Shown here piece by piece: positions 26,411 to 39,244 of a stretch of DNA of 64,000 nt (the stretch's first letter is position 1; every line of letters begins with the position of its first letter). Source of the stretch: Phoronis australis (taxonomy: Eukaryota; Animalia; Phoronida); assembly GCA_002633005.1 (NCBI GenBank), contig NMRA01000349.1:368684-432683 (forward strand), read 5' to 3'. The translations under genes were made by a program, and so were the position numbers. The notes beneath the pieces are model-generated. The model was not told where the DNA came from. It saw only the letters and a program-made list of their open reading frames with translations, and searched no databases.

Positions 26411-27366
26411 TGTTGTTTTCCAACGTAATTGTCACACGAGCTGTGGCAGTGTCGCCACTCGACTGTAAATGAAGAGATTCAAGTTCGGACCAGATTAAGA
26501 AAGCGATGCTCATCATTAGTTAGTGGCTCAGCTAGACCTGTAGATGTGGTGTGGGTGGAGGGTGTTTGTTGTATGAACTAAAACACAGCTTATATATTTA
26601 ATAGTTACAAGTCTGACCATTCAACATGAAACTGTCATTGTTAATGAATTGTTGTGCCTCTCTCCACTTTTCAAAACCTGTGTCCTTGTCACTTTTAATT
26701 CTCATATAGTGTATTTCAGATCACTTTCCAGTGTTGCGTGACACAATAAATGAACATGACTGTATCTTACAAATTTGTTAATTTTCATTAAAACTTATCG
26801 GTAATGATTTCATAACCTGAAACATCTTTGATTGACAGGATCAAGTTTTATATTGATTTGTTGTTTTCATTTTGACATTTTCAACAAGTGGAATGCTGTT
26901 CTCTGTTCAGCACTAGTTAGCACACCTATGGTAGTGAAGGTCAGGCTGCACTAACTGAGAACAACAGCCATGTAAAATATGTGCCAGTGAAGTTCAGATC
27001 CATTTTTCTGTACTTATCTTCATGTAGAAATCCGGTGTTCTCTCCATATGCATTCAAACATGGTGCTGCAGCCATGTTTGAAAAGCTTTGCGCCATGTTT
27101 AAAACTTGAGCCATGTTTGAAAAGCCAAATGATTAAAATTTTCTTCCAAAAGTGGTAATTTTTTGTTAAGTAGCAGTTAAAACGAAAGTGACATACCCAG
27201 CAAGTGAAAATAATGTATAGTTGTTTTGATGAATTAACAGAAAAGAAGATTACTACGCAAGGACATGTTACGCAATTTGCACCTTGTTTGACTTTTCGTC
27301 ATCAGAGAACAATGAATTCCTGTTGCCTTTTGCCACGGGCTCATTGTACAAACAACCTCATTGCAG

Positions 27367-27759
27367 AGACTTCAGAGACTGGGCCGGTTACTTGAGGGAC
27401 AACAGGACACCATCAAACAAAGATTGCACGGACTGTTATCAGCTGAATCCCTCTACAGCCTGAACAAACTGTTGGAGGACACAAACATGGAGGACAGATT
27501 CAAAAACATTGACAATGACATACGCAGTGATTGTGAGTCGGGCTTTGAGGACAGTTGCACGACTTCAATGTCCAAGTCGTTGATCGATGACAGCGGATCA
27601 CTACAGACGTCAACGGTGATGTCGAACTCTAACAGTAGCGATAACCTTAGGCTCGATCAACTGTCCACAGAGGTGTCCTCTGTTGCGGTGCAGTGGAGGT
27701 CGCTGAGGGGAGTACGCCAGTGTAGCTGTGCATCACCATTCGAGCACTTCACCAAAAAG
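27367..27759 (+). CDS. MTMR6/7/8: MTMR exon: coiled coil, Ser-rich linker, start of FYVE
   Basis: cattgcAG|AGA...AAG|GTat, 393 nt. RLQRLGRLLE...SVAVQWRSLRGVRQCSCASPFEHFTKK. Confidence 0.88.
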
Positions 27760-27882
27760 GTATTTTATCAGTGCTGCCTTTCACAAGGGTGAATTGAGTG
27801 GTTGATTTTCCCAGGATAAGTAGCTGCTTATGTATATGAATATGTCTATCTCGATATGGCATGGAAAATATGTTGCAAACAT

Positions 27883-28016
27883 TTTAAGTCTTGTCAACAC
27901 GCCATCTGTTGGCCACATCACGTGACCTAATGAATTAAATCTGAGAAGATTTCTGCCCTCGACCGGTACTCGAACCCAGGACCTTCAGACGCTCTAGCCA
28001 CTGTGCCATTGGGACC
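27883..28016 (-). mobile_element. tRNA-derived SINE
   Basis: Minus strand reads ggtcccaatggcacagtggctagagcg...gggttcgagtacc (A- and B-box-like), followed by a body shared with 15685-15822. Confidence 0.65.
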
Positions 28017-29104
28017 ACTGGTCAAACAAAGAAATCCAATGAGACTTAGTAGTGGGCATCTTACCCCTGGTCTCCAGTCAGTGTATATGAATATGTCAAT
28101 CACAATATGGCATGCAAAATCTGTTGCAAATTTTTTAAGTCTTGTCGTGATTTGTTTTTCATTACCACATGTCATCTGGAATTATGTATTTTCAAATTAA
28201 CACTTTAATCTTGTCATTTAAACCCCCTCTCCATTTGACAGCTTCACTATCGAGAAATAATTTTTGAATTTTTGATCCACTATTACCATAAAATAGGCAT
28301 CAACAAACAGAAGTGATTTCTGGGAATAGTTGAGATCATTTTTTTATCGATGTTAGTATTGAAAATAAAAAGTAAAAAGTAAGTTATCGTTAGTTTTTTG
28401 AGGAAACGGTCTATAATATATCCTATAAAAGTTTCATGTCTCGCCCCTATGTTACCCTGCCTGGAGATAGTGCTATGTAGATTGTGAGTTCATTTCGCAT
28501 GATCATTTGTCGGAAGTATTGTTCTGTCTTCTGTTCCTGGTTTGTAGATCGACACGTTCTTAGATAGGGCTTAAATGTAATGTATTGCGTTCATGTAACG
28601 GTCTCACACGTGTCCAGATTGGACATAAAGGTGTATTTGCATACTCCTAACTATGCTATTCTATAGCAGGAACTAAATGACAATGTTCTTTGAACATCAT
28701 CTACCCAAGACAAAGAGCAGTAATTTATATTCATTGACATCTTGTAAATGTGAAAACAAAAAATTCTACAAATAGGTGACCTTCACACTTATGATGTACC
28801 TTGGGGGCTCACACAACCCACATCATGCAGTGTTATTTCCCAACACCACGTCATGATACTTATTGGACACGGTTGAGTGATTTACGGCACAAAACTCCTT
28901 TTCAAAAACATTCGGCAATTTTCAACCTACTTATTCACATCGTTACTATATGTTGTGTTTCTAACTAATTTGACCAAGCAAACACAGAGATAAGGAATTA
29001 ATGTGCAACTTTCTCTTTAAAGTTGAGTATTGTGTTCATTACAGTATGTGACTTCATGTTACGTTTACTGGACATTACAGTCGTACTTTGTTTTGATATT
29101 CCAG

Positions 29105-29287
29105 TACCACTGCTGGAAATGTGGCAATGTCTACTGTATGCGGTGTATAGACCGACACATTCCGCTGCCAGGACATTACTCCCAGAGACCTGTACCCGTC
29201 TGTAGGCCGTGTTATAAAGAGATCAAGCATTCACCGTCTACCAACAGTTTCCAGGCATTACTTGACCAGTCAGCTGCCCTGGACTAA
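29105..29287 (+). CDS. MTMR6/7/8: MTMR last coding exon, FYVE-like zinc finger
   Basis: attccAG|TAC. YHCWKCGNVYCMRC...VPVCRPCYKEI...AALD then TAA. Confidence 0.93.
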   Translation, partial: YHCWKCGNVYCMRCIDRHIPLPGHYSQRPVPVCRPCYKEIKHSPSTNSFQALLDQSAALD

Positions 29288-30157
29288 CGGTGCTGTGTAA
29301 TGGACAGTGGCCCTTGCTGGAGAACACGTGGTATTCAAGTGGGAGAGTTGATGGCGTTGTTGTTGTCCTCTCCCTACTGGTGTTGTTTACTACTGAATGT
29401 GCGGCGTTGGAGTTTATATCATTTTACTGAATGTGCGTGCATACGACTTTATGGGAAGCTGCATTCCAAACTTGACACTGGTCATTTACGGGGGGTTCCA
29501 GTTTTTGAGATTCTGTTTGATGCCGGTTATTCAGTTAAGGAAACTGGTTCTCAAAATCGGGGACCATTGTGACTGTTACATCAAACTTAGATGCATCTGC
29601 GTTTGAAGTAAAACTCTTTAGGAGCAAGAGTTTATGGTAATTTGTGAGTGGAAGTTGACTTATCCGTTACACAATGTTGGCATGTTTTCAGTGAAGGATA
29701 GCCTTATTGAGACGTTCTAAGAATGGACAAAAGACATGAACTTGGGGTTTACGAAATGTCCATACACTAGACACCTGTCTGTGCCTGTTAATTAAGCATA
29801 GGCGCATGTGCCTATGGGCTAAACAATTTAGCAAAAAATTTATTGCATTATTTGTAATATAGACTCATGTATCTAAATAAGTCCCTATAGTGGTAGAGTA
29901 TGTAAGTCAGTTAAGAACTGCTTGCTTAAAGTTATACAGTTGTATTCCGTGTGTGCTTCCCTGTGAGTCACCGTGAGCTTCTACACGCCTATGGCACAGG
30001 GTGTAGGTACATGGTCGGATGCCATCAGTGACCCCGTACTATTGAAGATGTTCTGTGTAGGCACCTCTTTCACGTTAAGTCTGTTAGAGATATGAATTTA
30101 ATGCAGTCAAATGGCTTTGCAAAGTGCTTGGTTTGTGAAGATCACTCGTTTTGTACT

Positions 30158-30254
30158 GCCGTAACCAAATCAACATTTTCAGTACAGTGGCCACAGGTCT
30201 TGTAGTCTACAAGACCTGTGGCCACTGTACTGAAAATGTTGATTTGGTTACGGC
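30158..30254. repeat. Perfect palindrome (48-bp arms, 1-nt spacer)
   Basis: gccgtaacc...ggtcttgtag T ctacaagacc...ggttacggc. The left arm is absent from the second copy (about 32533). Confidence 0.95.
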
Positions 30255-30999
30255 GAACTTCAGTTACAAAGAACGTTCTAGAAAAGTCCCCGGACGATTT
30301 GTTGTAATGCTATTCAACTAAACACATATGATGCGCAAAGTCATGTGGACAGTAAAGCTTGATTGTGTGCTTTTTACACCAGTTTGTTGGCTTTTCTGCT
30401 ATGTAAATCTTGGCTACGTTAATTATAACCAATTACAAGGAAAATTGTAGATTTATATAGAGTCGCATAATTGCTGGCTAAATATTCCGATAGCTGATGA
30501 TTACTGTACAATTACAAGGTTCTGTGATCTCGATTGGAAATTACTGTCATTGTGTGCGTGCTGTTGACTATGGTCAACTAGGCCTAACATCTGAAGTTTA
30601 GGGGCAAAGTGAGGGAAACTTTTTTCAGTCAGATGCTCGTTCACTCGCGAATGTGAAAATAATCAATATGGTGGATCAAATGGAGAGACATAAATATGGT
30701 GGAGCAAATCAACGAACATAAGTATGTCGACTTGAATACGCATAGGTGCGGTGAGAGATGAGATTTCAATAACTGGGTCAGTTATTCTTATAGCTTCATT
30801 CCGCCAGTTTAGCGGAAAAAAGCACAAGCAGTCAGATGTCTTTTGTGGCATGCAGGCCACATAGTTAGGCGCATTGCACGAAAACACCTGAATTAAACTC
30901 ATGAGAGCCCTGTTAACAGTCAACAGGTTCTTTGTAAGTCTGTCTTTACATGATGTTAGAAAATAGAATTTTCCACTTGTTGCTGTGCACACTATACGC

Positions 31000-31330
31000 T
31001 GTAGGCATGTATAGGTGCCATCCAGGTGTGTGCTCCGTAGCCTGTGAAAATACTTTAACAGGTGTTGTGGTATGTCAACGTTAGTACCTCACTCAGGGCA
31101 CATTGGGCTACCCATATGCCCCATGATGTGCCTGTGTCAGCCTGGCTTGTTAAAATTTGAATGGCACGTCTTATGCTCACTCAAGACTCGGGGGTTTTTC
31201 AACGTTTTGGTTTGATCATATTTGGAAAGTCCTCCTTGGTTTTTCTGTAGGAGTTATGTCCCTTGGGCTGCTGGCCGGGTACATATCCAACTGCGTATTC
31301 TCAACCATAAGATAGCAGGATAGCAGATTC
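31000..31330 (-). pseudogene. Decayed 3' end of a non-LTR retrotransposon (CCHC-like finger); duplicated at about 33330-33650
   Basis: Minus-strand remnant HIMGHMGSPMCPExGT..IPQHLL resembles the LINE C-terminal CxxC..H knuckle. Frameshifted. Confidence 0.35.
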
Positions 31331-31516
31331 AGGTACGTTATGTAGAACAAAATAGGGTCCTAGTATCACAGTATGCCATATTAGGACAATTTTATGAGAG
31401 TAAAATGTCCAGTCACATTTTAATTTTTAGCCACTAAACTGGGCGAAGTGCAGCATTATTATGCATATATAGCAAATATGATGTAACATAATCATGAACA
31501 TGTAATTTATTCAATA

Positions 31517-31894
31517 TTTATGCGCCCACATATTTATATGTGGACGCATTATGCCGTCATTTCCGTCCGTCTGTCCGGGCGACGTCCGTCCGGCGTCCGC
31601 TGCTCTATCTCCAAAACCCTTTGACTTACGTTCATGAAATTTGGCACATATGTTCCATTTATGAATGGGACGGCATGAGCGAAGTAGTGGCAATTTCATT
31701 TCATTCTGTTTTCCTTTGTTTCTGTGAAGTTCCTTGACAGATTTTTATGAAATATGGCATGTTCCTGTTTATGAATGGATTGTATGTTTTTGCGCCATCT
31801 AGTGGCCATTTTTATGATACAAATAAATAACCCTAAAAGCACACCATTTGCAATGCATTCGTGGGCGCACTTCAATGCTCCGCGTTGCTCTTGT
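31517..31894 (+). mobile_element. Helentron-associated (HINE/DINE-like) non-autonomous element; duplicate at about 33846-34223, relatives at about 12130-12570 and 37790-38070
   Basis: Subterminal IRs tgcgcccac (31521) / gtgggcgca (31861), a nearby 5' IR, a gtcc-type microsatellite and a 3' hairpin caatgc-tcc-gcgttg. Confidence 0.65.
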
Positions 31895-32159
31895 GTTTCT
31901 ATTAAGTTGTCGTCAGAGAAACTGCAGTCGACTTAATTGAAAAGAGAACCGTGAAATCGGGCATTGTGTTCAATGTCAAACTAGACATTACTCAAGAAAT
32001 AAGGCTATGAAATTATGCGCTAGAGATAAATGTACATTTGCTATAGATTACCCTAGAAACAAGGCTGTGATTTGTTCTCTTTATATCCATTCATCATTAG
32101 AAAATGGCGTGAAAGATGCTGTACATATCTGTATGAACCATTGGTGTTGTGAAATGTGC

Positions 32160-32165
32160 AATAAA
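32160..32165 (+). terminator. Candidate poly(A) signal of the MTMR 3' UTR (second copy at about 34489)
   Basis: AATAAA followed by T/GT-rich sequence downstream of the stop codon. Confidence 0.3.
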
Positions 32166-35100
32166 TTAGTTGTTATTTATTGAAGTACAATTCTTTAAAG
32201 AGAAGAGAAAATATCAAGCAAACAGGTCTAGTCATTGAATACTCATTAAGATACTCGAGACAATTTATTACNAGAGTATGTAAGTCAGTTAAGAACTGCT
32301 TGCTTAAAGTTATACAGTTGTATCCCGTTTGTGCTTCTCTGTGAGTCACCTTGAGCTTCTACACACCTATGGCACAGGGTGTAGGTACATGGTCGGATGC
32401 CATCAGTGACCCCGTACTATTGAAGATGTTCTGCGGAGGCACCTCTTTCACGTTAAGTCTGTTAGAGATATGAATTTAGTGCAGTCAAATGGTTTTGCAA
32501 AGTGCTTGGTTTGTGAAGATCACTCATTTTGTACTACAAGACCTGTGGCCACTGTACTGAAAATGTTGATTTGGTTACGGCGAACTTCAGTTACAAAGAA
32601 CGTTCTAGAAAAGTCCCCGGACGATTTGCTGTAATGCTATTCAACTAAACAGATATGATGCGCAAAGTCATGTGGACAGTAAAGCTTGATTGTGTGCTAT
32701 TTACACCAGTTTGTTGGCTTTTCTTCTATGTAAATCTTGGCTACGTTAATTATAACCAATTACAAGGAAAATTGTAGATTTATATAGAGTCGCATAATTG
32801 CTGGCTAAATATTCCGATAGCTGATGATTACTGTACAATTACAAGGCTCTGTGATCTCGATTGGAAATTACTGTCATTGTGCGCGTGCTATTGACTATGG
32901 TCAACTAGGCCTAACGTCTGAAGTTTAGGGGCAAACCGAGGGAAACTTTCAGTCAGATGCTCGTTCACACGCGAATGTGAAAATAATCAATATGGTGGAT
33001 CAAATGGAGAGACATAAGTATGGTGGAGCAAATCAACGGACATAAGGATGTCGACTTGAATACGCATAGGTGCGGTGAGAGATGAGATTTCAATAACTGG
33101 GCCTGTTATACTTGTAGCTTCATTCTGCCAGTTTAGCTGAAAAAAAGCACAAGCAGTCGGATGTCTTTTGTGGCATGCAGGCCATATGGTTAAGCGCATT
33201 GCACGAAAACAACTGAACTAAACTCATGAGAGCCCTGTTAACAGTCAACAGGTTCTTCTTAAGTCTGTTTTTACACAATGTTAGAAAATAGACAGAATTT
33301 TCCACTTGTTGCTGTGCACACTATATGCTGTAGGCATGTATCGGTGCCATCCAGGTGTGTGCTCCGTAGCCTGTGAAAATACTTTAATAGGTGTTGTGGT
33401 ATGTCAACGTCAGTACCACACTCAGGGCACATTGGGCTACCCATATGCCCCATGATGTGCCTGTGTCAGCCTGGCTTGTTAAAATTTGAATGGTACGTCT
33501 TATGCCCACTCAAGACTCGGGGGTTTTTCAACGTTTTGGTTTGATCATATTTGGAAAGTCCTCCTTGGTTTTTCTGTAGGAGTTATGTCCCTTGGGCTGC
33601 TGGCCGGGTACATATCCAACTGTGTACACTCAACCATAAGCTAGCAGGATAGCAGATTCAGGTACGTTATGTAGAGCAAAATAGGGTCCTAGTATCACAG
33701 TATGCCATATTAGGACAATTTTATGAGAGTAAAAGGTCCAGTCATATTTTAATTTTTAGCCACTAAACTGGGCGAAGTGCAGCATTATTATGCATATATA
33801 GCAAATATGATGTAACATAATCATGAACATGTAATTTATTCAATATTTATGCGCCCACATATTTATATGTGGACGCATTATGCCGTCATTTCCGTCCGTC
33901 TGTCCGGGCGACGTCCGTCCGGCGTCCGCTGCTCTATCTCCAAAACCCTTTGACTTACGTTCATGAAATTTGGCACATATGTTCCATTTATGAATGGGAC
34001 GGCATGAGCGAAGTAGTGGCAATTTCATTTCATTCTGTTTTCCTTTGTTTCTGTGAAGTTCCTTGACAGATTTTTATGAAATATGGCACGTTCCTGTTTA
34101 TGAATGGATTGTATGTTTTTGCGCCATCTAGTGGCCATTTTTATGATACAAATAAATAACCCTAAAAGCACACCATTTGCAATGCATTCGTGGGCGCACT
34201 TCAATGCTCCGCGTTGCTCTTGTGTTTCTATTAAGTTGTCGTCAGAGAAACTGCAGTCGACTTAATTGAAAAGAGAACCGTGAAATCGGGCATTGTGTTC
34301 AATGTCAAACTAGACATTACTCAAGAAATAAGGCTATGAAATTATGCGCTAGAGATAAATGTACATTTGCTATAGATTACCCTAGAAACAAGGCTGTGAT
34401 TTGTTCTCTTTATATCCATTCATCATTAGAAAATGGCGTGAAAGATGCTGTACATATCTGTATGAACCATTGGTGTTGTGAAATGTGCAATAAATTAGTT
34501 GTTATTTATTGAAGTACAATTCTTTAAAGAGAAGAGAAAATATCAAGCAAACAGGTCTAGTCATTGAATACTCATTAAGATACTCGAGACAATTTATTAC
34601 TACTTGATTGTTGGGGTGTCATTCAAATAAAATACTCCCTGAAATTGCATAACAATGGCACTGTCAAAGAAGGGTCCTAAATAGGCCTCAATACTGTTGA
34701 AAATGGCACACAAGTCATCAGGAGAGTTTCATTAAGTAAAACAAAATAAAATCAACATGCTGCCACACAAACAAGGATCTGTTTATAAGAAAATCTATGT
34801 TTTGCTGCACACTTGCTCAAACTACCAATATCATCTGTATTTGTTCTTGGTAACTCGCAACATCTTTCAAAAGATTTCAGCACACCATGTGGGGAGTAAC
34901 TTTAAAAGGATACAAAACCCAGTTATGGCCTATTCAGGCTTGGAATTTTCCTCTTTTAACAAGATTTCCACTGTTTTGGTTTTGATTTCCTATTATTTGA
35001 CTTCAAGTTTCCTCTATTTTCGGCTCTTTTCTTATTATTTTGACTTAATTCACGCAAAAAATATTTGTATGACTCAAGTCTTAATTGTGAACGATACACC

Positions 35101-36523
35101 ACCTGTAAAATTTTCCTCTTTTTTGTAATTGGTCATTCCAAGCCCTGTAACAGATACAATTACATGCAGAAATACGACTTTCCTATCCAGTTCTCTGAAA
35201 CAATAATGATTCGTAACTCTCGACAACCTTCAAAACTTAGGAGGAAACTGAAAACTCCTTTCAAAGTCTGCTGCAAGAGCAAGCACCAATGACCTACGCT
35301 TTAAGCAAATTACACGGCAACTGTGGGAAATGACCACCAACCAAGGACAATAATATCCAATTACTGAGATAGGCAGGATGAGTTTTTAGTCTATTCCTGT
35401 CTTGAACTTGCAAGATTGACGCCAATGATGCATTTAGCAGGTGATAGAACAAGGATTGCCTGAAATTGTCAAAATATAGTTTGGTATCCTTTTAAAGAAA
35501 GTTATTGCACAGTTTGTTACCTCAAAGGAGGAAATTAAATATTAAAATAATCATGATTAAAAAGAATTCTTAACAAATTGCAGCAGAACTCATCTCTAAA
35601 CATGTTCATTACCGTATAACTCAAGGCTGACTGAAATTTCATGTCAACAAAGAGATTTACGGGGATTTGTTTCGCGAAAGTGACTCGAGACGTGCCAGAA
35701 AATGGTCATCAAGCTCCACACACTTACTTTTGAAAAATAATTTAATTCAACTTCAGCAAGAGTCTTAAAGAACATATACAGAGAACTTTGATAACTTTTA
35801 TAAACTATTGTTTGACTGTCATGCTCTCGTAATTGTCCTACCACCAGGAATTTGAGTGACGGCTTAACTGGCCAATCAAAATGCAGCATTCTTGACACAC
35901 CTTTGTTTTTAAGCCGCCATTTTACTCGACAAAAAAACATGTTGCTGGGTAAACTTATTGTTTGTTTGCCAACAATTCGCAAGGAGGCGGAGCTTGCGAT
36001 AGGTCAATTACCCACCTAAACCTTTCAGCAACTGTGAAGTGGAAGTGAGGTCAAACTTCCATCAGAAGTCTCAAGTCACTATCATGAGAGCCATGGATCT
36101 GACTAGTTATTTCCTGCAATGATGTGCGTATCATTAAAAATCAAAATAGTAAATATAATTTTGTGTAAATACTTCACAAGCACCAATTGATGTTAAATCA
36201 CATTATCACTGAGCAACACTAAATGATGTACTAGATTTTAAGATCCAACTCGCAGACAAATATTATTAAGTAATCGAACAAAGTTGGCGTTTCCCCATGG
36301 CAACGGCAAATTTTGTAAACATAAAAAATGACCGGGTAAAAGTCTAATTAGAGTGTGGCTTAGCCACCTGACTAACTTTACTGTTCGTGTCTCCTCATTT
36401 TCATTTGTGAGGGAAAAGTACTCCGACAATGAATTCAGCTTATGCCCAGTTGTCATGACGGGCCAAATTAAAGGTAATTTTGGCTTGTGCTGCATAAACC
36501 TCAAATAACCCGTTTAACCGACA

Positions 36524-37648
36524 TCACAACTGATTTAACCATCGATCATGTCTCGTGGGCCATCCGCGAGGTCCCCCAAGCAAATCTTTGTCGTAAATAA
36601 TCCTATGCTGTTGAGTATTAATTTTTTTCCCAACAATATCTAAAATACCCGATTCAATCTCACTGAAATATTTTCTTGGCGTATAACCGTCTCTCACTGA
36701 GCGACAAACGGTGACCATAGAGGGCATTGGAAAGTTGGAATGATGAATGATTTTATCCAGAAGTGACAAGCGTTCAGCTACTTCCTCTTTCGAAGGCGAG
36801 TGGAATATCACAGCGGTATCATTAGGTCGGTTGAAACCCTTACATACTTGGAAGAGTCTATCCATGCCGAGTTCTTCACCGTGAAGTGACTTGGGAGTTG
36901 TGGTTGAACAAAACCCTACACGAATTAAAGTCCTCAGTTGCTGCTCTGTCATCTTCATCAAGACACTGGCTATGCTGTTCAGTAGGTATGCCGTCCCCTT
37001 TTCGCCTCGACGAAAGATGCCTAGCTTTTGCGTTCTGTGCTTTTTTATGACAATTAAATTGATCATATTTGAAATTTTGTCCTTAACACATTTCCTTTGC
37101 TTGTGGCAAGACGTCAGCACCACTCTGACAACGTTGGCCATCATTCTGTCAGCGATCTCTTCCTCCTGTGTAGTTTTAACCTCAAACACCAACTCCAAGT
37201 ACGCATCCATCAGGACTATGGAATTCCACTCAATGCCAAGGTCAATCAGAGTGCTAGAGCTGCTCTCCACGCCGAAGTAATCTTCATCGATATCTAACAC
37301 AACCCGAGTACCAGTTAAAACATTGCGATTTAATTCTTGCACAAATTCGTTCTCTGCCACTTCAACGATGGTTCCCGAGTCCATAATGTGGCACTTGGAA
37401 GAGTCAATGGCATCACCATTGTACGTAAGGTTAACCACCATTCTATTAAAGGTAAAGCAGCTTATATCTGAAGGATCTTCAATATCAGTCAAACACTGAC
37501 AAAAGTCCTTTGTCATCTCTCCATCCACTAGTTTGTTATACCAGCCAAGTGTTAGTCGGTTTTTTCCATGCTTATCATCATGATTGACAGAATCCCACTT
37601 TGGCCACACCCATATAAGCGTACTAAATAAACCTGTAGTTTTGGCAGC
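36524..37648 (-). CDS. UPF0489/C5orf22-like paralog A, exon 4 (last)
   Basis: tttcAG|GCT, 375 codons including stop. Motifs LIWVWPKWD, VLDIDEDYFG, VTVCRSVRDGYTP, DLLGGPRGW. Confidence 0.88.
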   Translation of the reverse strand, partial: AAKTTGLFSTLIWVWPKWDSVNHDDKHGKNRLTLGWYNKLVDGEMTKDFCQCLTDIEDPSDISCFTFNRMVVNLTYNGDAIDSSKCHIMDSGTIVEVAENEFVQELNRNVLTGTRVVLDIDEDYFGVESSSSTLIDLGIEWNSIVLMDAYLELVFEVKTTQEEEIADRMMANVVRVVLTSCHKQRKCVKDKISNMINLIVIKKHRTQKLGIFRRGEKGTAYLLNSIASVLMKMTEQQLRTLIRVGFCSTTTPKSLHGEELGMDRLFQVCKGFNRPNDTAVIFHSPSKEEVAERLSLLDKIIHHSNFPMPSMVTVCRSVRDGYTPRKYFSEIESGILDIVGKKINTQQHRIIYDKDLLGGPRGWPTRHDRWLNQL

Positions 37649-38707
37649 CTGAAATAGCATAATGAATTCATAAACAGTTTGCCAGTGGAATAACTATCTC
37701 AATTACCCAACTATGATGCAAATTTTTGGGGGTTGAAACATGCAGTTGAGTCCACCGCAAATGGCATGCTTCTAGGGGAGTTTACAACTACCAAAGTTCA
37801 AAGCCACTAGGTGGCACAGAATATGTTGAGCCTGTACAAAAATCGGAAAGCCTTGTCCTCTTCCTGATAGAAATCTATATGCCAAATTTAGTGAAAATCC
37901 GTCAGCAGGAAAACTGAAGACAGACGAGCAAGCATAAAAATGAATTGCCAGTATGAGGCACAGCTTCGTATCCTAAAGGGGCTAAGCCGTGTCAGCAGCA
38001 GACGCCGGACGCCCTGACAGAGATGATGCCAATATGCACCACGTATGTACATGTGGCCGCATAGAAATTGCCAAGAAAATCAAAGTGGCCATAAAATCAC
38101 CCTATACTATCCAAAATAACTTTTGATTTAGACCATTTACCATCAATAAGTTGGTCTCAAATTGTTCCTTTGTCAAATCAGAGGTTGTTCTTGCACTAGA
38201 AAGAACTGGCAGTGCGTTATTTCATGAGACCACAAGTAGGATTAAGTGCTGCAAATCATTTCGTAACTAACTTAGCCATGCCGCATGACTTCGATAGGCT
38301 CAGCCATAAATCCTATAAGGACAATTTGTTACAAGACAAATTACAGATTTTCGAATCAACAATTCAACCTGTTTACTAGTCTTATTGGTTCATGAAACTA
38401 ACAGGAGATGGGAAATAGATGATACTGCACACATATATCGCCTTCCTTTATTCTTTATCAACTTTAACTTTCCAAAGCATGACCAAATAACTGTGGGGAG
38501 ATCTCTAGACTCCGTCTATTTTTGTGTTCACACGAGAGTGGAGACTTGTGGAGAGAGCTCTGTGAGTTGTGTTATTATGTCAACCCTTTCACATGCTAGT
38601 TGGTTATTTAGTACGTTTCAACTGATTTCTGGAGCGTATCACTAGAACAGCCTTGGCTTTCCTTTTTTGGTGTTCAGGAGAAAGACAGAAACTAGAAGGA
38701 GGCTCAC

Positions 38708-38833
38708 CATGATGAAGACGTCATTGAACTGCATCATAGCACCAATTTCAAAGTCATTCTGTGGATATCTGAAGTATGGGAAGTCTTTGGAAAGAATGGG
38801 TAAGGCAAAGTCACTGTGGCCATCGATGTGAAC
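38708..38833 (-). CDS. UPF0489-like paralog A, exon 3
   Basis: 126 nt, AG/GT bounded. VHIDGHSDFALPILSKDFPYFRYPQNDFEIGAMMQFNDVFIM (DxHxD motif). Confidence 0.9.
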
Positions 38834-39182
38834 CTGTAGGAAAACATCAAACACTGTTTATGTGGTAAGCTTCTCATGAACGTTCATAGGCAATTTCAAG
38901 TTTGGCAGGGGCAGATCCACGATTTTTTAAAAGGGGGTGTCTAATCAAGGATTTTTTAAAAATGGGGGTCAAAGTAAACAATTTTGAAAATTCTAGATTT
39001 GATAAATCAATGGAAATGGGGGTCCGGACCCCTTTGACTTTCTGGATCTCCTTACGTGAGGTTTGAATAATTTTTATTCACTAAATGCAATGTAAACATA
39101 ACCTGATAGCAACGTGGTATAATTAAACCCAAAAAATAAAATAAATGACGGTAACTGAAGAGGAAACATGTAAGACACTCAC

Positions 39183-39244
39183 CAGAACATTTCCAGACTT
39201 CTGTAACTGGCCAGAGTTAGCAGCATGGAACCAGTATGGCAGGA
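39183..39244 (-). CDS. UPF0489-like paralog A, exon 2
   Basis: 62 nt, phase 1 to 0. (V)LPYWFHAANSGQLQKSGNVL|GTgag; matches paralog B exon 2. Confidence 0.88.

Larger units (their letters stand above)
29895..34600. repeat. Tandem duplication of about 2.3 kb (29895-32271 and 32273-34600) split by one N; probable haplotype overlap at a contig join
   Basis: Both copies begin agagtatgtaagtcag and end caatttattac. N at 32272. Scattered SNPs and indels distinguish the copies. Confidence 0.9.

Noticed and set aside
27960-28016. tRNA gene
   Set aside because: A- and B-box-like motifs are present, but the anticodon arm is missing and the sequence continues into a repeat body, so it is a SINE.
36891-37297. 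Plus-strand ORFs of 129 and 66 aa
   Set aside because: Antisense shadows of UPF0489 paralog A exon 4.
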